Origin: Candidatus Zixiibacteriota bacterium
Lineage (GTDB): Bacteria; Zixibacteria; MSB-5A5; CAIYYT01
Length of the DNA stretch: 13,042 bases
Assembly (NCBI GenBank): GCA_040235515.1
Contig: JBECKX010000038.1
Location: forward strand, 1 to 13,042
Direction: 5' to 3'
Each line of letters starts with the position of its first letter. Within the stretch, counting starts at the first letter, position 1. The position numbers and the translations under genes are program-made. The notes under the pieces were generated by a model that did not search any database, was not told the DNA's origin, and was given only the letters and a program-made list of their open reading frames with translations. Shown here one piece after another: positions 1 through 7,638 of this stretch.

Positions 1-2
1 TC

Positions 3-719
3 TTTGCCAAGCATGGCGATGAAGTTGCAGCGGTGATCGTAGAGGGCATTCCCGCGAACAACGGGTTGTTGATCCAGAGGCACGAGTTTGTCCGCTTGTT
101 GCGCGCATTAACAGAGCGGCATGGCGCGCTGTTGATTTTCGATGAAGTGATCACCGGTTTCCGCGTGGGCTTACAGGGCGCTGCTGCGTACTACGGGATC
201 AAACCTGATCTGGTTACTTACGGCAAGATCATCGGTGGGGGGATGCCGGTTGGTGCGTTCGGCGGACGCACCGAGATCATGCAGAAACTCTCACCGCTCG
301 GACCGGTTTACCAGGCCGGCACACTCTCAGGAAATCCGGTGGCGATGGTGGCGGGGATGGCGACGTTGAAGAAACTGGCGGACGGTAAGATTTACCAGCG
401 CCTCGAAGAGATGAACCGCACATTTGTCAGCACCATGACACAGCGGCTGCGAGACTTGCAGGTGAATATCGCCGGGGTGGCTTCGATTTACTGGGTAATC
501 TTCCAGAGGGAGATACCGCGGGCGGCACATAATATTGATAAGGATGGAATCAGCCACTATAACCGGGTGCACGAGCGGATACTCAACAGCGGTGTTTACA
601 TTCCGCCGTCAGGCTATGAAGTCTGCTTCCTGAGCGCGGCGCACACTCCGGAGATGCTGGAGGAAGCGGCCAACGTGATGATCGAGGCGATCCAGACTGA
701 GGCGCACGCATGGGCATAA
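3..719 (+). CDS. hemL: Glutamate-1-semialdehyde 2,1-aminomutase, C-terminal part; 5' end lies outside the window
   Basis: Frame is open from position 3 (FAKHGDEVAAVIVEGIPANNG...), so the GTG at 33 is internal. Class-III aminotransferase motifs LIFDEVITGFR, TYGKIIGGGMPVGAFGGR (PLP lysine) and VYQAGTLSGNP. Precedes hemE. Confidence 0.95.
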   Translation, partial: FAKHGDEVAAVIVEGIPANNGLLIQRHEFVRLLRALTERHGALLIFDEVITGFRVGLQGAAAYYGIKPDLVTYGKIIGGGMPVGAFGGRTEIMQKLSPLGPVYQAGTLSGNPVAMVAGMATLKKLADGKIYQRLEEMNRTFVSTMTQRLRDLQVNIAGVASIYWVIFQREIPRAAHNIDKDGISHYNRVHERILNSGVYIPPSGYEVCFLSAAHTPEMLEEAANVMIEAIQTEAHAWA

Positions 720-1738
720 AGGACTCACCATTCATTCGTGCCTGTTATGGCAAGAACAGCGCCGGACCGATTCCGATCTGGATCATGCGCCAGGCGGGAC
801 GCTACCTGCCGGAATACCAGGAGGTGCGCCAGAAGGTATCGTTCCAGGAATTGTGCCAATCACCTGAATTGATCGCGGAAGTGGTTCGTCAGCCTGTCGA
901 GAGGTTCAAGCTTGATGCAGCGATTTTGTTTTCCGACATCCTGACGATCCTGGAGCCGATGGGCGCCGAGGTATCATTCCCTGAGGGTGGGCCACGGATT
1001 GCGCACCCGATTGAAACTGCAGACGATGTGAAACGCCTGAGCGGGATAGAACCGTTGCAGGATCTGCCGTTTGTGCTTGAAGGGGTGAAGCGGATCAAGG
1101 AGATACTGCCGCAGACGCCATTGATTGGATTCGTCGGTTCTCCCTTTACGCTGTCGTGCTACCTGATCGAGGGCAAGGGCTCGAAGACATTCGACAAAGT
1201 GAAAATCTTCATGCACAGGTACCCGGAGGCTGGGGAGGAGCTGCTGAATCTGCTCGCCGATAATGTGGCGGAGTACTTGTTGGCGCAGATTGAGGCGGGT
1301 GCAGAGGCGGTGCAGATTTTCGACAGCTGGGGCGGAATACTCTCGCATGATGACTACGAGCGGCTCTCAGCGCGGCCGATCAATCGTATCCTTGCCAAGC
1401 TGAAGGGAACGAATGTACCACGGATAGTATTCGTGAATAATGTCGCACCCTACTTTGACCTGGTCGCTGAGTACGATTGTGAAGTGATTGGCGTTGACTA
1501 CCGCGTAAACCTCGAGACAGCCGCACTGGCATTGCCCAAGAAGGCTGTGCAGGGGAATCTTGATCCAACGATTCTCTTCGACAAGCCGGAGGTGGTGGCG
1601 AAAGAAACACGCAGGCTGCTCGATCGCCTGCATCGGCATGACAACTTGATCTTCAACCTCGGCCATGGTATCCTGCCGAAGACTCCGATCGAGTCGGTGG
1701 AGACGATGATCAAGACGGTGCGTGCATTCAGAAAATGA
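710..1738 (+). CDS. hemE: Uroporphyrinogen III decarboxylase
   Basis: PIWIMRQAGRYLPEY, AAILFSDIL, QIFDSWGG, VQGNLDP and FNLGHGI motifs; 342 aa; overlaps hemL by 10 bp. Confidence 0.97.
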   Translation: MGIKDSPFIRACYGKNSAGPIPIWIMRQAGRYLPEYQEVRQKVSFQELCQSPELIAEVVRQPVERFKLDAAILFSDILTILEPMGAEVSFPEGGPRIAHPIETADDVKRLSGIEPLQDLPFVLEGVKRIKEILPQTPLIGFVGSPFTLSCYLIEGKGSKTFDKVKIFMHRYPEAGEELLNLLADNVAEYLLAQIEAGAEAVQIFDSWGGILSHDDYERLSARPINRILAKLKGTNVPRIVFVNNVAPYFDLVAEYDCEVIGVDYRVNLETAALALPKKAVQGNLDPTILFDKPEVVAKETRRLLDRLHRHDNLIFNLGHGILPKTPIESVETMIKTVRAFRK

Positions 1739-1795
1739 GCGATGAGAGATGCTACAACGTGTAACCAGTCTGAATGGCTGATCTGAGTAACGGAC

Positions 1796-3205
1796 ATGAG
1801 TGACAAGCAAGTATCAGAGAACGGCTCAACCAGAGTACCGATAGAGTTGCTGCGGAAGTATGACCGACCCGGACCGCGCTACACGAGTTATCCAACCGTA
1901 CCGGTCTGGAGCAACGAGGTGACGGCTTCGCATTATCGAGAAGCGCTCAGCAATGCCTCGAAAGCGGTCGATACCCCGGTGGCGGTTTATTGCCATATCC
2001 CCTTCTGCCGTAAGCGGTGTTACTACTGCGGGTGCAACACGGTGGTTACGAAGCAGCGCTCGCGCATCGATTCGTATGTCGAAACCCTGACTTCCGAAGT
2101 CGCACGCATCTCTGCCCGGTTGAATGGCAGGAGAAAAATCAGTCAGCTTCATCTTGGCGGCGGCACGCCTACGATTGTTGACTGCAAGGGCCTGGAGTTG
2201 CTGCTCAAGGATCTCGACAGCCATTTCGAGTACGTAGCTGATTGCGAGAAGTCGATTGAGGTTGACCCGCGTGTTACCGGAGTCGATCAGCTTGAGTTCC
2301 TGGCGGCGAACGGCTTCAACCGCATCTCGATCGGCACGCAGGATTTCAATCCTGAGGTGCAGCAGGCGGTTGGTCGGGAACAATCAGAGGAGATGGTACG
2401 GGGTATCCTGGACAACTCACGCCGACTCGGATTCAAGGGTGTCAACATTGACCTGATCTACGGTTTGCCGCGCCAGACGGTGGAGAGTTTTCGTGACACG
2501 ATCAAGCGAACTATCGAATTGCGTCCGGATCGTGTCGCGGTTTATTCATTCGCCTACCTTCCACAGGCAATGCCGCATCAATCGAAGATTCAGGAGGGTG
2601 AGCTACCGGTCACCGAGACGAAATACAAGCTCTACGCAGCAGCGATCGAGGAGTTCACCGGCGCGGGCTACCGTCAGATCGGCATGGATCATTTTGCTTT
2701 GCCGGAGGATGAACTCTCGGTGGCACAGGTGGATGGCCGACTCCATCGCAATTTTATGGGCTACACCGTTCAGGCGGCGCCTGACATGGTTGGGTTAGGG
2801 ATGTCCTCGATCGGGTATATCGATAACAGCTTTTTCCAGAACCATTCGAAGCTCGACAGCTATGAGAACGCGATCTCCGAGAATGGACTGGCGACATTTC
2901 GAGGGATCAGGCTGACAAAGGATGATCTGATCAGGCAGTATGTGATCAGTTCGCTGATGTGCAACTTCGTTCTGAAGTTCGATGAAGTGAAGCGTCGTTT
3001 CGACGTTGACTACTCCGACTACATGCGGGATGAACATCAGCGCCTCGATGGGTTTGTCGAAGATGGCCTGCTGAGAGTCGACAAGGATGCTCTCCACATA
3101 ACACCTGTCGGCAGAACTTTCGTTCGCAATATTGCGATGACATTTGATGCCTACCTTGATAGCAAAGGTGAGGCTAAAGGAGTGCGGTTTTCCCGTACGA
3201 TTTAG
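1796..3205 (+). CDS. hemN: Oxygen-independent coproporphyrinogen III dehydrogenase (radical SAM, genuine HemN/CgdH type rather than HemW)
   Basis: N-terminal GPRYTSYPT, HIPFCRKRCYYCGC (CxxxCxxC plus extra Cys), GGGTPT, IGMDHFA, LHRNFMGYT and C-terminal FSRTI. An in-frame TGA at 1784 fixes the start at 1796. Confidence 0.95.
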   Translation: MSDKQVSENGSTRVPIELLRKYDRPGPRYTSYPTVPVWSNEVTASHYREALSNASKAVDTPVAVYCHIPFCRKRCYYCGCNTVVTKQRSRIDSYVETLTSEVARISARLNGRRKISQLHLGGGTPTIVDCKGLELLLKDLDSHFEYVADCEKSIEVDPRVTGVDQLEFLAANGFNRISIGTQDFNPEVQQAVGREQSEEMVRGILDNSRRLGFKGVNIDLIYGLPRQTVESFRDTIKRTIELRPDRVAVYSFAYLPQAMPHQSKIQEGELPVTETKYKLYAAAIEEFTGAGYRQIGMDHFALPEDELSVAQVDGRLHRNFMGYTVQAAPDMVGLGMSSIGYIDNSFFQNHSKLDSYENAISENGLATFRGIRLTKDDLIRQYVISSLMCNFVLKFDEVKRRFDVDYSDYMRDEHQRLDGFVEDGLLRVDKDALHITPVGRTFVRNIAMTFDAYLDSKGEAKGVRFSRTI

Positions 3206-3239
3206 AACAGAGGGCGGCCTGTTGGCTGATGAGGCAACG

Positions 3240-4175
3240 ATGAACGCTAAGACCGCAGTTATCTTTCTGGCGATGGGTGGGCCCGACAGTGTGGAAGAGA
3301 TTCCGGAATTCCTTTACAACATCTTCTCTGACAGGTCAATTATCCGTCTTCCGGGCGGAGCGTTGTTGCAGAAGCCATTCGCGCGACTGATCTCGAAGTT
3401 GCGCAGCAAGGGGGTGCAGGAGAACTATCGTCGCATTGGCGGCGGATCACCGCTGCTGAAGTGGAGCAGGGCGCAGGCCGAACAGGTACAATCTCTGTTA
3501 AGTGCACAGTATCCGGGGATACGTTGCTACGTCGGGATGCGCTACTTTCGACCATTCACTGATGCAGTGGTAAAGCAGGCTTACGACGATGGCTTCCGTA
3601 GCATTCTCTTTCTCCCCCTCTATCCACAGTATAGCAAAGCCACAACCGGATCATCGCTGCTGCTGGCGGAGCGACAATTACGGCGACTGGAGGACGTGAC
3701 AGTCGAGACCATCAGGGACTTCCATGATTCAGCCGGATATACTACCCTGTTGCGGGAGTACATCGATGCCAACATCGCGGCGGACGATATCCTGCTCTTC
3801 TCGGCTCATTCGCTGCCGCAGAAGTTCGTGGATGAGGGAGACCCGTACGTTGATCAGGTACGGCGTACGGTTGAGCTGGCGGCGGGGGATCGGGAGTACT
3901 ACCTCTCGTTTCAGAGCAGGACCGGGCCGGTGAAGTGGGTGGGACCCGACACGATCGAAGAGGTACAGCGATTGCTGGCGGAGACGGAGAGAAACATCTT
4001 CATAGTTCCGATCAGCTTTGTTTGTGATCACATCGAGACCTTGTTCGAGATCGATCTCGAGTTACCCGAGAAGGTTGGCAGCCCGCATCGATTGAAGCGG
4101 ATGCCGATGTTTAACGACGACAAGAGATTTTCGGCCGTGCTGGCCGAGTTGGTGCGAGAAAGGATGCAACGATGA
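3240..4175 (+). CDS. hemH: Ferrochelatase, probably protoporphyrin-type (PpfC)
   Basis: FLAMGGP, GGGSPL, GMRY, LPLYPQYS, FSAHSLP, FQSRTGPVKW, PISFVCDHIETLFEID. Start moved from the track's 3144 (inside hemN) to ATG 3240, which follows GAGG; TTG 3222 is an alternative. Confidence 0.94.
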   Translation: MNAKTAVIFLAMGGPDSVEEIPEFLYNIFSDRSIIRLPGGALLQKPFARLISKLRSKGVQENYRRIGGGSPLLKWSRAQAEQVQSLLSAQYPGIRCYVGMRYFRPFTDAVVKQAYDDGFRSILFLPLYPQYSKATTGSSLLLAERQLRRLEDVTVETIRDFHDSAGYTTLLREYIDANIAADDILLFSAHSLPQKFVDEGDPYVDQVRRTVELAAGDREYYLSFQSRTGPVKWVGPDTIEEVQRLLAETERNIFIVPISFVCDHIETLFEIDLELPEKVGSPHRLKRMPMFNDDKRFSAVLAELVRERMQR

Positions 4176-5569
4176 GTGCCCCTTCTGCGGTGGATGTTGC
4201 GATCATTGGCGGCGGGATTTCGGGATTGTCGGTGCTGCACTACCTGCGCTCGCTCAATCCGGGTTTATCGGTTCACCTATTCGAAGCAGATACCCGGCTT
4301 GGTGGTACGATCGGCACCGACCACGTAGACGGCTACAGCTTCGATTGGGGTCCGAACGGATTTCTCGACCGGGAGCCGAAAACGCTGGAGTTGTGCCGCG
4401 AGCTGGGGCTTGCCGACCAACTGGAGCGGGCGAACGAGTCGGTGAGCAATCGATTCATCCTTCGCAAGGGTAAGCTACGTCCCGTGCCGATGTCTCCTCC
4501 TAAGTTCATGATGTCGGGGATTCTGAGTCCGCTCGGTAAACTACGAATCGCCTTTGAACCGTTCGCTGCCGAACGCAACGGCGACATCGATGAATCGATT
4601 TACGACTTCGCCCGGCGTCGTATCGGCAAACAGGCCGCCGACTATCTGGTGCAGCCGATGGTGTCGGGGGTCTATGGTGGTGTGGCAAAGAAGCTCTCGC
4701 TCAAGTCGTGCTTTCCGATCATGCGAGAGATGGAGGATGAGTATGGCTCACTGCTCAAGGCGATGATCGCCAAAGCCAGAAAAGCCCGCGCAGAGGGGAA
4801 AAAGAGTGGGGGGCCGGCCGGACCGGGTGGCTGGCTGACTTCGTTTTATGGCGGATTGTACGGGATCATCAAGGGCTTCGCTGGGAAGTATGGTGAGAAC
4901 ATCTCGACGGGCAAGGCGGCAGCGAGTGTCAAGCGCGCAGACGATGCCTACTTGATAGAGTTTGTCGGTGGCAGCAGTGTGAGGGCGCGCCAGGTGGTAC
5001 TCGCGACTCCATCCTATGCCGCTGCACAGGTTTTGCGGTCGGTATCGGCTGAGGTTGCTGATGCCCTCGCAGAGATTCCTTACGCACCGATCGCAGTCGT
5101 TTGTTTCGGGTTCAAGGCTGACAAGGTGAAGAGCAGTGTTGACGGGTTCGGCTTTCTGGTACCGTCGGTGGAGAAGAAACGAATTCTGGGCTCGATCTGG
5201 ACCTCATCGATTTTCTCGAACCGCGCGCCGACAGGTACTGTACAGTTTCGCACGATGATCGGCGGGGATGGTGACCATGAGTCGATGAAACTGAGCGATG
5301 ATGAACTGATCGAGATTGCACGCAAGGATCTCGATGCCATCGTCGGGTTGGAGGGGAAACCGGAAGTTGTCAAACTTTACCGCTGGGAGAAGGGGATTCC
5401 GCAGTTCCGGATCGGGCACGCTGAGGTCATGGACCGAATCGAGGCTGAATTGAAGCGTCTGGGCGGGATTTATGTCGCCAGCAACGCCTACTACGGCATT
5501 GGGCTGAACGATTGCGTCAAGCAGGCACACAAGGTTGCCACCGCCATTGCCAACGGTGATGGTGAATAG
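4172..5569 (+). CDS. hemY: FAD-dependent protoporphyrinogen oxidase, HemY family (often annotated hemG)
   Basis: IIGGGISGL FAD-binding motif, RLGGTIGT, DWGPNGF, GFGFLVP, IPQF, GIGLNDCV. ATGA overlap with the hemH stop suggests translational coupling. Confidence 0.93.
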   Translation: MSAPSAVDVAIIGGGISGLSVLHYLRSLNPGLSVHLFEADTRLGGTIGTDHVDGYSFDWGPNGFLDREPKTLELCRELGLADQLERANESVSNRFILRKGKLRPVPMSPPKFMMSGILSPLGKLRIAFEPFAAERNGDIDESIYDFARRRIGKQAADYLVQPMVSGVYGGVAKKLSLKSCFPIMREMEDEYGSLLKAMIAKARKARAEGKKSGGPAGPGGWLTSFYGGLYGIIKGFAGKYGENISTGKAAASVKRADDAYLIEFVGGSSVRARQVVLATPSYAAAQVLRSVSAEVADALAEIPYAPIAVVCFGFKADKVKSSVDGFGFLVPSVEKKRILGSIWTSSIFSNRAPTGTVQFRTMIGGDGDHESMKLSDDELIEIARKDLDAIVGLEGKPEVVKLYRWEKGIPQFRIGHAEVMDRIEAELKRLGGIYVASNAYYGIGLNDCVKQAHKVATAIANGDGE

Positions 5570-5570
5570 C

Positions 5571-6356
5571 CTACTCTAATCCAAACTTCCTGTCTTCGAG
5601 AAACTTCCGCAGGTGAATCCTGAGCACGGCCGGGTTCGTGGAGGAGGCGCGTCTGGCTGAGTGCTCGGTCCAGCTGTAGTCTTCGTCAGCTACTGTTCCA
5701 GCCGTTGGCGCGGGAACTTTGCGGCGCGGACCATCGTAGAGGCCGGTCGATTTCATTAGCCTGTCGTACTCCGCCAGCTGTGCGACCGGGTCGCCATCAT
5801 CATACTCTTCGTAATGCACTGCCAGACTCGACGGTATTCTCGGTTTGATTATCGGGTCATGGTCGGGATAGCCGAGGCAGATACCCATGAGTGGAAAGAC
5901 CCTTTCCGGCAGCTTCAGCAGGTCTGCCACTTTGCCGGGATTATTACGGATTCCGCCGATCATGCAGATCCCGAGGCCGTTGGCTTCCGCGCCGACGGCG
6001 ATATTCTGGGCAACGAGGGAAGCATCCACGATGGCCACGAGAGATATCTCGAGATAGCGATCCGAGAACTGGTAGCCGCGTAGCTCACAGACACGGTTGA
6101 GCCGGTGCAAGTCAGGGCAGATGGTCAGAAAAACCGGGCAGGCTGCGACCCATGGTTGGTTGCCGCAGTACTCGGCGAGGAGTTGCTTCTTCCGTGAGTC
6201 TTTGACCACCACGATCGAGTAAGTCTGCAGATTGGAGGAAGTAGGCGCCTGGCGAGCGGCATCGAGGATATCGCTCAGCAACTGATCAGCGATTGGTGTT
6301 GGCTTATACTTGCGAATCGAACGATGCGACCGCAGCAACTTCAGAACATCATTCAT
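5571..6356 (-). CDS. nfsA: NADPH-dependent flavin reductase/nitroreductase, NfsA/Frp family (261 aa)
   Basis: MNDVLKLLRSHRSIRKY, APTSSNLQTYSIV, DLHR, VDASLVAQN, IGGIRNN, LGYP, KPR. Start set at ATG 6356, downstream of GGAGGTGA; the track's extension to 6542 looks non-coding and overlaps the next gene. Confidence 0.9.
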   Translation of the reverse strand: MNDVLKLLRSHRSIRKYKPTPIADQLLSDILDAARQAPTSSNLQTYSIVVVKDSRKKQLLAEYCGNQPWVAACPVFLTICPDLHRLNRVCELRGYQFSDRYLEISLVAIVDASLVAQNIAVGAEANGLGICMIGGIRNNPGKVADLLKLPERVFPLMGICLGYPDHDPIIKPRIPSSLAVHYEEYDDGDPVAQLAEYDRLMKSTGLYDGPRRKVPAPTAGTVADEDYSWTEHSARRASSTNPAVLRIHLRKFLEDRKFGLE

Positions 6357-6381
6357 GCAGGTTTCACCTCCCGTATGCTCC

Positions 6382-6410
6382 ACTCTATACAACTTTCTCG
6401 CATTAGGCAA
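6382..6410 (-). promoter_or_regulatory. Putative sigma70 promoter for nfsA
   Basis: Minus strand reads TTGCCT-N17-TAGAGT, shortly upstream of the GGAGG Shine-Dalgarno and ATG 6356. Confidence 0.5.
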
Positions 6411-6436
6411 CTGCGGAGAGAATAGAACGGCGTATA

Positions 6437-7594
6437 ATGAAGAGTATGATGAGTCAAGCAATCGACAGCACCGGCACCAGCGTTGATCGAGTTCCGGGCG
6501 CTCTTGAGCAATATGGAGAGCACCCGTTGGCATACTCCACAATGCAGCGTCGCATGTTGAGGATCACAGACTCGACAGGCGGCTATCTCTCCTATGTGGA
6601 GTTGAGGAACGGTGTCTCGGGCAATCGACATCGGATGGTTCTGGGGGAACCGATCGCGGAGATGCATCGCTGGGGCGATTTGGTGGATGAGGTGCTCGCG
6701 GGACAGGTCGACACGATCTTCTTTCAAGTGGGCGCCGAGTTTGCGGAGTTGATGAGAAGCAGGGGTTACCGAGTCGCCGGTTTCGGATATGAAAGCTCGC
6801 TGAGGTTGCCTTTCTCGTTGAGGGGCAAGTACCGAAGCGAGATCCGCCGTATGCTCAACCGCGCCGAGGCTTCCGGCGTGAAGGTATTCGAGCTTGATTC
6901 GGTAGGACGTCTCGCCGCAGGAATAGGCACCGCCGATATCAGGCGATTGGTGCAAGAGTGGCTCTCCACGCGAGTTGTTCGACATGGCGAGTTGCGGTTT
7001 CTGGCTCGCCCTCTGGAGGTTGCAGATGAACCGGGCGTCCGTAAGTATTATGCGCTCGCCGCGGGAGAGTTGTGCGGCCTGGCGGTTTATGATCCGCTTT
7101 TTCGGAATGGAAAAACAATCGGCTACACGGAGTCGATCGTGCGTGTCGGACCGGAGGCACCAAAAGGGACGCGTGATCTGTTGCTTTGTACCGCGCTGAA
7201 TGACTTCAGCCGCGAGGGTTACCGAATCTGTTCCCTGGGATTGTCGCCTCTGGCGCCGTTGCCGGAGGGCGCTGGAGGTCTGAGGGCTGTCACGACCTGC
7301 GCTACCTCGGATGCCACCATGCGGCTGCTGTACCACACGCTTGACCGTGTCGCCTTCAATTTCAAGGGGACGGCATTCAAGAAGAGTCGCTATGTCCGTC
7401 CGGAGCTTGAGGAGGCGGTACAATTCAGGCCGGTGTATATTGCATCGCGGCGTCGCTTGATGCTGGTAGACGCCTACCTGCTTGCAGTAGCGATGGGAGT
7501 TTCCCCCTGGAGGCAGATTCTCCATCTGCCCGCAGTCGCGGCCGGGTCAGGGATTCGTGCCGTACCGGCACTGATCAGCGGGTTGATCCGCTAA
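6437..7594 (+). CDS. Stand-alone DUF2156 / phosphatidylglycerol lysyltransferase C-terminal-like domain protein (putative aminoacyl-tRNA-dependent transferase)
   Basis: Segments resembling the MprF synthase domain: VLGEPIA, GYES..L..FSLRGKYRSEIRRMLNRA, APKGTRDLL, SLGLSPLA, FNFKG, RPVYIA. No N-terminal multi-TM flippase. Start is 6437, 6446 or 6449. Confidence 0.75.
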   Translation: MKSMMSQAIDSTGTSVDRVPGALEQYGEHPLAYSTMQRRMLRITDSTGGYLSYVELRNGVSGNRHRMVLGEPIAEMHRWGDLVDEVLAGQVDTIFFQVGAEFAELMRSRGYRVAGFGYESSLRLPFSLRGKYRSEIRRMLNRAEASGVKVFELDSVGRLAAGIGTADIRRLVQEWLSTRVVRHGELRFLARPLEVADEPGVRKYYALAAGELCGLAVYDPLFRNGKTIGYTESIVRVGPEAPKGTRDLLLCTALNDFSREGYRICSLGLSPLAPLPEGAGGLRAVTTCATSDATMRLLYHTLDRVAFNFKGTAFKKSRYVRPELEEAVQFRPVYIASRRRLMLVDAYLLAVAMGVSPWRQILHLPAVAAGSGIRAVPALISGLIR

Positions 7595-7638
7595 TCAGTA
7601 CCACAGAATTCGTTGTCAGGTTTGGGCGGCAGTGGCGG

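Noticed and set aside
1735..1764. Nine-codon ORF MSDERCYNV starting at an ATGA overlap with the hemE stop
   Set aside because: Too short. The ATGA arises whenever AAA precedes TGA, and nothing else supports it.
3144..3239. N-terminal extension of ferrochelatase in the ORF track
   Set aside because: Overlaps the hemN 3' end; family similarity begins after Met at 3240, which has its own GAGG.
6357..6542. 62-aa N-terminal extension of the nitroreductase
   Set aside because: Runs across the promoter region and into the opposite-strand DUF2156 gene; a strong SD precedes ATG 6356.
6353..7525. 390-aa antisense ORF opposite the DUF2156 gene
   Set aside because: No recognisable motifs and an Arg/Gln/His-rich shadow-frame composition; the + strand protein carries the family motifs.
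7595..7638. Bidirectional terminator between the convergent DUF2156 gene and maeB
   Set aside because: No convincing stem with a U-tract on either strand.
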